From the NCBI GenBank assembly GCA_010093815.1, contig ML996575.1: 64,000 nucleotides of DNA. One strand, written 5' to 3'. Source of the stretch: Pseudovirgaria hyperparasitica. Taxonomy: Eukaryota. The notes under the pieces are model-generated. The model had not been told where the DNA came from. It ran no database searches and saw nothing but the letters and a program-made list of their open reading frames with translations. Shown piece after piece: positions 53,401 to 64,000 of this stretch. The position numbers and the translations under genes were made by a program. How positions within the stretch are numbered: position 1 is the stretch's first letter; each line of letters starts with the position of its first letter.

Positions 53401-55742
53401 TAGGTGGTAGTAGGCGTCGTATAGATCGAGCTTAGTAAAGATCTTCGCGCGCTCTAGTCTATTAATAGACTCGGAGATAAGAGGTAGTAGGTAATAATTC
53501 TTTTGTATAATATTATTTAGGCCGCGGTAGTTAATACATAGATAGAGACTTCTATTCTTCTTCTTTATAAAGAGGATTAGAGCTCTAGCTAGGGATATAC
53601 TAGGCCTAATCTATCCTCGCGTAAGGTTCTTTTCGATATATTCTTAGAGGACCTATAGCTCGGCTTCTAATAGAGGGTAGATGGGTCCGTATAGGGGTTA
53701 TTAACCGTCTTCGAGATTAATAGTAAGGTCGGTAGGTTAGTATTAAGGTAATTTAGACGAGTCGATCGCTAACGCGATATATTAGTATATTTTATACTAA
53801 TATAGTAGGTTTTCGTCCACTTTAATACTAAGCTCTCTATTTTAAGTAAGTAAGAGGATATAGATGGCGGAGATTACCTTTTCGTAGTCCTTCTGGAATT
53901 ATTTATCGTTAACTAGCTATACTAGGTTCTATTATAGTGGGTATATACGCTAGCCAGCTGTTTTCTAGATAAAGTCTAGTTTCGGGTTATATTTTTCGAG
54001 CTACGGTATACCGAGGATCATGTTAAAGGGACTGTCTACCACGATAAAGGTTAAGTAGTAGGGTTTCTACTTCCCCCCGCTGTCCTAGATACCGTATTTA
54101 ATAGTATAGATACCCTATGATTTAATAGGACCGTTGATACCATAGAAGGTGGTACCTATTAGTACTTAAATATCGACGTTAAGTTCTCGTGCTTATTAAG
54201 TCGATATAACGTTAGTAGCTAAACCGCTATTAAGTATTACGGTCTAATGTTATCTATAAGGGACCTTAATAGGCCTAGCCTATAGTTCGATATACTAGTT
54301 GGCTAGTTATCCCTCTATTTTAGTTACGTCTATAAGTCGCGAGAGTTCCTTATAGATAGTTAGTTTTTTATATCGTATACCGGGTAGTTAGGCGCGATAT
54401 GTCCTAGCTACTAGTACTTATAGTATATAACTAACTTAGTATCTATATTAGTATTCGGTGGTTTCCCTAAGCGGCACTCGGGTGCTATATAGCCTATCCT
54501 ACCATAGGTATAGTAGGTGACTTTAGGTCGTTTATACAAGTCGTTTCTCGTGTCTTAATATATCGACTAGTAGAAAGATCTATGGTACGGGCCTCGTCTT
54601 CTCGAGTTCGTAGAGTAGTAGCGCCCACGAGGTATTCCGCGCGATCTATTACTAAACTAGTCCTCTTTAGACGATTTTATATCGGATTAGATTAATAGGG
54701 ATAGTCGTGCGCCTATACGACGTTAGTTATTTATTATACGCTAATATTATTCTACGAGATTCGCGAGTACCTAAAGGTTAGTAGGGGTAGACGTTATAAG
54801 GTCGATGCGTTCCTTTATACTCGGGTTAAGGGACCTTTTAAAGTTATCGTATTATTAAACTATGCGATCTTCCTTAGCTTCTCTCTAAAGAGGTCGGAGG
54901 TATTTAAGAAGTTATAACGGGGATTGTCTCTCTTACTATTAAGTCTTAAAGATATAGCTCTAAGCCTATTCGTGTTACTCGGCTCTATCGCTAAAGTATT
55001 AAAGAAGGAATTCGGTAAACGTGTCCTAGTTATACGTATCCTTAGGGTGTTTAATTCGATATACCATCTAACGTTTAGATGGCGTTGGGTCTAGGTAGTT
55101 CTATACGAATCTAATCTTATTACTATTATTCGTAAATAGGTGGAAGAATCGGCTATACTAGTAAGCCCATTCGTGAAAGCTTCTCCTGGTTTTACCGTCG
55201 AAGTAAGATAGTTTCTTAGGCCGAGGTAACTAGGATAGTAATAGACTTGGTTAGACTATTTCGGCTTAAGTTAATCTATATTAGTATAGATTAGTTACTA
55301 CTAGCACTAAAGCGCGTAGTGCGGCTTCGAGTCTAGCGGTTCGTCCTTACGCTTTATTAAGTTCGCGAAGTTACTACTCGAGCTAAGCCTAACGCTACCT
55401 CTCCGTGTATAGCTTAGTATATACGTTATCGTAAGGCGTGGTTAATGTTAGTCGGTTCTAACAAATTAATTCATTAACGTTAATAGGGTCTAGTCTTATA
55501 GTAAGGATAGGTCTAGTATAGTATGAACTAGACCGCGATGGAGTATGATAGACTCCTTTCTTATCATCTAGGTAATCTTCTATAGTTATATAGAATACCG
55601 TACTAGTTATTAGTACGATGGCCTATAGGGTGTACTTATCGGTAGAGGTGGTTATAGGGAGACTATTCTCTTCGTTTAGATTTAGAGAGAGTCTCTTATA
55701 TAAGGTAGTACCACGGGTATTATAGCGCGTAGTAGGAGCTAT
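50500..55742 (-). pseudogene. Family A gag-pol, copy 2
   Basis: gag start ~55742; two CCHC knuckles at ~54520-54385; protease VIL(D)SG at ~54240; RT, RNase H, IN and chromodomain as in copy 1. Confidence 0.92.
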
Positions 55743-57120
55743 CTCTATAAGCTACCGTCGTACTATATAGAGAGGAATTAAAATATAAAGAGTGAAGACG
55801 TGGGATAGTAGTCTAATAGTTTATAGAGAGATATAGGAATATATTTATAGAGTAATCTTACTCTTATACGAGGTTGATTCCTAACGAGTAGGAATCGGTT
55901 TATGCGGTCCACTTATATAGTGACCTCGCTTAACTTAGCTAACTCAACCTAGCTCTGGCCACTACGTGGCTATATGGATTAGAATAGTCTATATAGGTCC
56001 GTTATGGTTCCCGTCCTAACAGATAGACGGAGTAGTAGAATTAGATAGTCGAGGCGTATTTACGCGTATATTATAACTATAAGTAGAATAACTAGGTAAG
56101 GTTAGTCTATGTCGCGGAATTCGCGTATAATAATAGCCGATATACGTTAACCTACGTGAGTCCGTTTAAAGTAAACTTCGGTTAGAACCATAATATATAG
56201 TTCTTAGAGACTTAGTTTAAAGTAGAACGACCTAACATTAAAGTAATAGAAATTACTATAGAACTATTCTAAACGTAAAGAAACGTTATAAAGTTACTAT
56301 AAGATACTATAAATTATAGTAAATCGCACTATGACAAGGGTAGAAAACCCATAATCTTTAATGTTAGGGATAAAGTTTTACTAAATAGTAAGAATATTCA
56401 TAGTATTAGGCTAAAGAAGAAGCTTAACTATATGATAATAGGTCTATATAAGATTACTCGTGTAATTAATAACCAGGTGTACGAGTTATAACTCCCTCCT
56501 ACGTTAAAGATATATAATATATTCTATATTACGCTTCTCGAGCCATTTTATGCCTTATTATTACCGGATCGTTCTAAATAGATACTATATAAAGTAGTTA
56601 CGTAAGAAGGTATAGATATCTACGAAGTTAAGTAGATACTTAGCTAGTAACGCGCCGAAGATGGCACGTGGCTATATAAGATTCGTTAGAAAGGATATAA
56701 TTCTAATAAAGATACTTAGGAACCTGTAATAAATATTAGTAAAGCAGCGATATTAGTATATAAGTAGCGATTAGTAAAGGAAGCCGCGGAATCGTAGAGA
56801 ATTATACTAAAGTACGGCGATTCGACGTTTTTTAGTATAGTTTAGCGCCGAGGACAGCCGCCTAAAAGGAAGAAGGTAAAAGAGATATAGATCTTTAAAA
56901 TATTCTAAGGAATTAAGGAACTTCCTTAGAAAGTTCGAACTTAGAACTTTAAAAAATTTAACTAAAAAAGAGACTTAGAAAAATGATTTACTAAGAGAAA
57001 TAGACATCAAAAATCGGTGCCGATCGGTATAGATCGGTATAGATTACGAAAGAGATTAAAGAAGTTATTATTAAAGAAAGATGAAATTAAGAAAGCTAGA
57101 AGAAAATATAAAGATCTATA

Positions 57121-58799
57121 ATAATAATAATAATAATATTGGTAAACTAGGTAGAGTACCACTCTATAGGCGCATGCCTCCTCTAGTCTAAGCTACTATA
57201 TAAGAAGAAACCTACGAATAGGAAAAACTCCCTTATATCCATAACTACGCTCTGTCTATCCTCTCGTTCTTTATATGTATATAGCCCTAGGGGCTACCCA
57301 TGGGCCTATAGCCTATGTTATAATGGTTTGCCCTTAGGTAGCACGTGTAGGTGCGGAGATTATTAGTTAAGGGCTGCCCTTAACTAATAATCGCGGTTCT
57401 CCCGGGGTTCTTCCGACGTATACTAGGGTTCTTCCGGTATATATCGGGCTTCTTCCGGCATATATACGCGGGTTCACTAGAACTAGGGGAGAGGAAGGTG
57501 TGCGAGCATCTATCGGGCGACGTCCTTAGAGTACTTATTAAGCCATCGCGTGATGTCGGAGGTCCTCGTCATACGGACGAGGGCTTGTCTTAGGCCTCTA
57601 GTTCGAAGTCGGATGACTCCTACAGGTTCGACGTGCCCTATACCATTAGGCCCTACTCCTGTTTTCGCCTTATCTCATCCCCTTTAGGCTTATATCTCCG
57701 GCTCTACTAGAAGAGGGGCACGACGCCTCCTCTAGCTAGGAAACTACGAGGTTTACTCCTTAAACCCATGTTACTAGCGTGCGTGCCTAGCGACACGTTC
57801 TATCTCTTTATGAATTAACACGCGCATCCGTTCTCTCGGGCCATATAGTAGTCTCCCCGGCTAGGACGTGATCCCGCCTACTTCTAGGTATACTAAAGGT
57901 TAGAGCCTATTAAAGGGGTGAGGTCCTTAGAGCCAGTAGTTACTACTATATACCACGCCCCGCCTTTAAGCATGGCTACTATCCGGTTTCGCGTTGCCCA
58001 TGAGGATATCTCTATGATGGGCCGACCGTGTCTTATAGGCGAGTATCCTTTGAATCCTATACGTGTATACTTGCGTGACGCGCCTAGGCGACTTAAGCAT
58101 CCTCTACCTACTAACCCGACTTGTTTCCACTACTTTTTAATAGGTCCCTATAGCCGCCTCTTGCCTATGTCCGTGTACCATTATCTATGTATACTAGCGC
58201 CCTACCTCCTACGGTAGACTATGACATCTCTCGTACGCGGGAGCCGCTCTATCTATCCTAGACCTAAGCGGTATCCCGTATCGAGCGAAAGGTCTTAATA
58301 GAGTCGCGCTGCTGGTGGTCGCGCTAGGCGTCTTAATAAACGTAGTTTAATACTATAGGAGAGTTAGCCTTAACAAGTTCATCCGTAGTAGTTTGTAGTT
58401 GCCCTCGACGTGATTTCTTACTAATCCTTACGCACCTAGAGCCATTTAAGCCTCGAGGTGTCCTATCGCGCTACTAGGACTTCCGCTTTCTCTACCTATA
58501 TGGTAAGGTAGATTTAGGCCTACTTTTAATATAGTAGTAGCGCGTCGGATGGTTTTCTTATCCCGGTATCCTCGTGGACTCCTCTTAACGCGTTGATTAA
58601 GAATAGGATGGAAGTGTATACTATCCTAGCTGGTTTGTTACGGTGTGGTCCCTATAGAGTAACGCGTCGCGAAAACTCTATAACCACCTACCTAGCGACG
58701 ACGAGGTCGCCATTAACGCCGCTCCGAACCTCTTGCTACCTCCGAAGAGGCATTGCCTAGCTACGATAACGTGGACGCGGTTCGTGAGACTTCGTAGCC
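57121..58799 (-). mobile_element. Chimeric retro-insertion: 1.2 kb unrelated sequence joined to the last ~470 bp of the LINE
   Basis: 57121-57594 is the reverse complement of ~36223-36690 including the tail; 12-bp TSD TAAAGATCTATA at 57109-57120 / 58800-58811; empty site at ~18450-18480. Confidence 0.88.
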
Positions 58800-60631
58800 T
58801 AAAGATCTATATAGATCTATATAAACTCGTACTAATCTATCTAGAAGAAGTAAGATCGCTTTAAAATTAAAACCGAAAAACTAAAAACGCTAGATAAAAG
58901 AGACATATTAGTACTAATTAGTATAGATCTAAACCGATTAAGTCGGAGTAGGAGTAGAAGTACTAATTACCGCGATAGTTACATCTAATTCCTTTCGCTA
59001 GTTCTTATTTAGTATAGTATAGAGCTTTATAATATAAGTCTCTAGCCTTTCGTTCCGACGCTATAAATTCTATATAGCGCGCCTTATAGCTATGAACTCC
59101 TCTATAGAAACCTATAGAGCGGTAGGACCCGGGATAGAGAGGGACGGACCGGCGCGGGCACGCTAAGAATTATATAAATCAGCGAAAAGATTTAACGATC
59201 GGTATAGAACCACATACCTTTAGTATAGAAACCTCTAGATTAGAGCTATCTTCCCTAAATTTATAGCTCTTTAGTACGCGCGAGGAAGGAACCTTAGCCT
59301 TTTTACTAGAACCTTTTCTAGGAATTCTAATATCGCCGGTATATAGAAAGAAGTCCGAAGTGGTAGAGATTTTAGCACTATTATAGAGATTAATATATAT
59401 TAGTAAGAATCTATAACGATTTAAGAAAAACGATATTACCTAGTAATCGCGGTAATAATAGCTATAGTAGATTCTAATAAATCCTTACGGATCTTATTAG
59501 AATCGTACTCCTAGGCGTAACCCTTACCTTAGATATATAGCTCGTAGAAAGCCTTCTCTAAGGTGTTACGATCGGTGGTACCACGCTCCTTATTAGTAGG
59601 GGTTACTAGAGGCCTAGTAGTAATCTATACTAATATAAGTAAATCTACGTAAAGTTCTTCGAACTTACTTAAATACCTATAAGTAATAACGCTTCTTAGT
59701 TATGTAAGTACTATATATTATAGATTTAGTACTACTATGAGTAATGTATAACGGAAAGTAATAACCATAATAATATATAGCTAGATTATTAGAGCCCGGC
59801 CTAGGTCGGGGTAGATTAATAGCTTTTGACATATCGGTAACGTATACGAGATAGGGATTATTCGAAGGCGTCTATTTCCGCGTCGATTACTTTAGAGTGT
59901 TAAGATTTCGGGAAACCATATTATAATTATTACCGATTTATACGGATTATTACGAATTATACTATTACTAGCTAAGGATGGCACGAAAATTAGTAAAATG
60001 CGTAAATCGCACTAAATTATAGTAAATCTATATAAATCTATATCTATAAGGATTGGGTGATATACCTAATAATCTAAAAAACTCTATAAAGAGTTGAGAA
60101 GTTTTTTAAAGAAAGGAATATTTCTAAGAAAAGATTTTAATATAGGTAGCACCTAGGCTTACCTAATTAGATCACGTGATACGCTAGGCCTAATTAGGTA
60201 ATCTTACCTATATAAGAAGTTAGGATGGATAAAATCTAGTTTATTAGAAAAATGCTTATGTAAATCTTAGATTAGCAAATATTAGTAAATATCTAAGACG
60301 AAGCGTGGAGAACGACTAAGGTCTTACGAGACTTAGGATAGGGATATAGAGATAGGTAACAACCTAGGTCGCTAAGGGTAGCTTCCTAGAGGGAAGGGAT
60401 AATTATTAGGACTTAGCCTTAGGTAGGACCCAACCTATACGTACCTTAGCTAATAGGGTTAGGAGGTAACGTAAAGGGCGGTAAATAGTCACGTGCTAGA
60501 TAGATCGGCGTCCCTTTATGTATATACTCTCGGATTCCTACCAAAAGGGTTCGGTAGTAATTCGTTCTATAATAGAATACACCCCATTGTTCTATCTAAC
60601 TACACTACTATCCAATAACCCTATTCTTACA

Positions 60632-63578
60632 TTAATTAGTAATAACGAAGCTAAGAAAGTTAATATAGTCCTAATGGAACTCGCATTTGGATAGCTTAAT
60701 ATATAGCTTATACTTTTCTAGCCTATCTAGGACTATACGTACGTGCTAGATATACTTCTCCTTATTATCTAAGAAGATAAGGATATTATCTAGGTACACG
60801 ATATATGTTGTATCGAGTAGGCCTACTAGCGCGTTATTAATATATACTTAGAAGGTATCTAGCGCGTTAGTTAGTCTAAAAGGGACTACGGTATACTTAA
60901 AGTATCTATAACGGGTCCTAAAAGCCGTTTTCTATTCGTCGCCTTCCTTAATGTAAAGGCGATAGTAGGCGTCACGTAGATTAAGCTTAGTAAAGATCTT
61001 TACGCGTTCTAGTCTATCAATAGACTCGGAGATAAGAGATAGTAGATAATAATTCTTTCGCATAATATTATTTAGGCTATAGTAGTCGATATATAGACGG
61101 AGGCTTCTATTCTTCTTCTTTATAAAGAGGATTAGAGCTCCGGCTAGAGATATACTAGGTCTAATCTATTCTCGCGTAAGGTTCTTTTCGATATATTCTT
61201 AAAGGGCTTATAACTTAGGTTCTAAAAGAGGGTAGATAGGTCTATATAGAGGTTACTAGCCGTCTTTAAGATTAATAGTAAGGTTAGTAGATTAGTATTA
61301 AGGTAGTTCGGAGGAATCGATTACTAACGCGATATATTAGTATATTTTATACTAATATAGTAGGTTTTTGTCTACTTTAATACTAAGCTTGCTATTTTAT
61401 ATAAGTAAGAGTATATAGATAGTAGAGATTACCTTCTTATAATCTTTCTAGAATTATTCGTCGTCGATAAGCTATACTAGTTCCCATTAAGGTAGGTTTA
61501 TACGCTAGCTAGCTATCTTCTTAAGGAAGTCTAGTTTTAGGTTATATTTCTTAAGCTATAGTATACCTAGAATTATATTAAAGGGACTATCTACCACGAT
61601 AAAGATTAAGTAGTAGAGTTTCTATTTCCCTCCGCTATCCTAGATACTATATTTAATAGTATAGGTGCCGTATAACTTAATAGGACCGTTAATACTATAG
61701 AATATAGTACCTATTAGAGCTTAGATATTAGCGTTAAGTTCTCGTGCTCGTTAGATCGATATAACGTTAGTAGCCGATCTACTATCGAGTATTATAGTCT
61801 AATATTATCCACGAGGGACCTTAATAGGTCTAGCCTATAGTTCGATATACTATTTAGCGGATTACCCCTCTATTATAGTCGCGCCTACGAGTTATAAGGG
61901 TTTCTTATAGGCTATTAGTTTTTTATATTCTATGCTAAGTAGTTAGGCGCGATATGTCCTAGCTACTAGTACTTATAGTATATAACTAGTTAGTTAGTTA
62001 TATTAGTACTTAGTAGCTTCCCTAAACGATACTTAGGTACTATATAGCCTATTCTACTATAGGTATAGTAAGTAACTTTAGGTTATTTATATAAGTCGGT
62101 CCTCGTATCTCGATATATCGATTAGTAGAGAGATCCACGATACGATCCGCGTGGTTTTAAATTTAAGGCGTGGTAGTAGCCTTATAACGTCCCGCGAGAT
62201 CTATTACTAAATCGGTTTTAGTTAGATGATTTTACATTAGATTAGATCGTTAGAGATAGTCGTGTACTAGCGCGGCGTTAATTATTTATTATACGCTAGT
62301 ATCGCTCCGTAAGGTTTATAAAAGCTTAGAGGTCTATAGAGATTATTATTATAAGGTTAAGACGGTCCTTTATATTTAGGGCGAGGGACCGTTTAAAGTT
62401 ATCGTACTATCGAATTATATAATCTTCTTTAGCTTCTCTCTAGAGGGGCCGAAGGTATTTAAGGAGTTATAACGGTAACTAATTATCTCGTTATTAAGTC
62501 TCGAAGATATAGCCCTAGGCCTAGTTACGTCGTTTAGTCCTATTACTAAAACATTAGAGGAGAAATTTAGTAAACGTGTCCTAGTTATAGGCATCCTTAG
62601 AATATTCGATTTAGTATACTATCTAACGTTCTAAAGGCGTCGGGTCGAGGTAGTTCTAGGCGAATCTAATTTTATTACTATCGTTCGTGAATAGATAGAA
62701 GAATCGGCTATATTAGTAAGTCTATACGTGGAAACTCTTTCTACTTTTACCATTAAAGTAAGGTAGTTTCTTAGGTTAGGGTAATTAGGATAGTAGTAGA
62801 CTAGAATAGATCGTTTTAGTTAGTATAGGTCCATATAAATATAGATTAGTCATTACTAGAACTAAAGCGCGTAATATAGCTTTAAGTCTCGTAGTGCGTC
62901 CTCGAGCTTCGTCGAGTTTACATAGTTATTACTCAAGTTAAACCTATCATTACCTCTCTTCGTATAGTCTAGTATACACGTTATTATAAGGTATAGTTAA
63001 TATTAGGCGATTCTAACGGATTAACTCATTAATATTAATAAGGTCTAGCCTCGTATTAAGGTTAGATCTAGTATAGTTCGAACTAGACCGAGATAGAGTA
63101 TAATAGACTCTATCCTTATATTCTATAATATCTTCTATAGTTATACGGAATATCGTGCGAGTTATTAGTGCGATAGCCTATAAGGTATAGTTATCGGTAG
63201 GGGTAGTTATAGGTAGACTATTCTCCTCGTTTAGGTTAGGAGAAGGTCTACTATAAGAGGCGGTGCCACGAGTATTATAACGAGTAGTTAGAGCCATTTC
63301 TATAAACTACCGTCGTGCTATATAAAGAGGAATTAAAATATAAGGATTATAGACGTAGGATAGTAGTCTAATAGATTATAGGAGGATTCGGGAATATATT
63401 TAAAAGGGTAGTCTACTCTTCTAATAAGGTTAATTTCTAAAGAGTAGAAATTAAGTATATACGGCCTACTTATATAGTAGTCTCGCTTATTCTAGCTAGC
63501 TTACCCTAGGTCCACCTATCACGGACCGTACTAGACTATAGTATTCTAGTTAAGTCTATCCTAGTGTTAGCCCTAACA
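60632..63578 (-). mobile_element. Diverged A-subfamily element: 5' LTR, gag, PR and partial RT
   Basis: Colinear with 53077-56021 but diverged; LTR at 63339-63578; gag ATG at 63297. Confidence 0.92.
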
Positions 63579-64000
63579 ATATCCGCTATTTTATAGAAAA
63601 AGAAGGTAACCGGGTACTATTATACCTTATCTTTCGTATCTTTATACGGTTAACTAATAATTCTAGTAATTACGAATCCTAACGCGTTAGTTTTAACCCG
63701 AATATACTTCTCGGGATTAAAATACCTAAGAATCGGCGTAGTTATAAAGTAATTCTTTAACGATCGGAACGTATCTTACGCTTCCGGCGTTAACTATATC
63801 CTAACCGACTTAGCTTTACGCTATACTCGCCTATCTATAGGGATTTTACTACCATTCTCTATAAGTTTATTAAGCGGCGCCGTAATTTATAAGAAGCCTA
63901 TAATAAATTTATAATAATAGTTTATAAAACCTATAAATATTCTAATTTAACATATAGTAGTAGATTCTAGCCATTCTATAATGGTCTTTACACGCTCCGG
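63579..64000 (-). mobile_element. Family C copy 3 (RNase H/RT region), continues beyond window
   Basis: Direct match to ~37996-38417. Confidence 0.93.

Larger units (their letters stand above)
47979..56021 (-). mobile_element. Full-length Gypsy family A, copy 2 (8043 bp)
   Basis: 238-bp LTRs at 47979-48216 and 55784-56021 with TG..CA outer ends; 5-bp TSD GATAG (47974-47978 / 56022-56026). Confidence 0.97.
43509..60631 (+). mobile_element. Gypsy chromovirus family C, copy 2; contains the A copy 2 and chimeric LINE insertions; 3' LTR truncated
   Basis: 5' LTR 43509-43853; RT YLD(D)IL at 46241; chromodomain YEV.(Q)IL...YKIR(W)KGY...DT(W)EP at 56621-56725; PPT GAGGGAAGGGA then 3' LTR 60404-60631. 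Confidence 0.94.

Noticed and set aside
1..64000. Alternative genetic code with TAA/TAG read-through
   Set aside because: Stops coincide with expected Q/W codons and vary between copies, alongside C>Y, H>Y, D>N and M>I changes, which is the RIP signature.

Overview
This window is eukaryotic, most likely a filamentous ascomycete, and is repeat-filled heterochromatin-like DNA. It is heavily damaged by repeat-induced point mutation (RIP): CA/TG is depleted, TA is abundant, and copies differ almost only by C>T/G>A. No intact gene is present and every protein call comes from reading through RIP stops. It is a nest of four Ty3/Gypsy families (A, B, C, D), one full-length Tad1-like LINE and one chimeric LINE-tailed insertion; several have mappable LTRs and TSDs. 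The unusual content is: (1) Gypsy B (19545-30982) carries a third ~980-codon ORF with a 2OG-Fe(II) dioxygenase-like HxD...H...R signature; (2) one 33-39 bp palindrome recurs six times in unrelated retroelements; (3) 6267-15010 is a RIPped three-gene cassette (Upf1-like helicase with CCHC knuckles, unknown ORF, spliced SNF2 ATPase) ending in tandem arrays; (4) chromovirus A holds an intron-containing antisense gene; (5) a LINE 3' end has mobilised 1.2 kb of unrelated sequence. Coordinates of degenerate ORFs are approximate.
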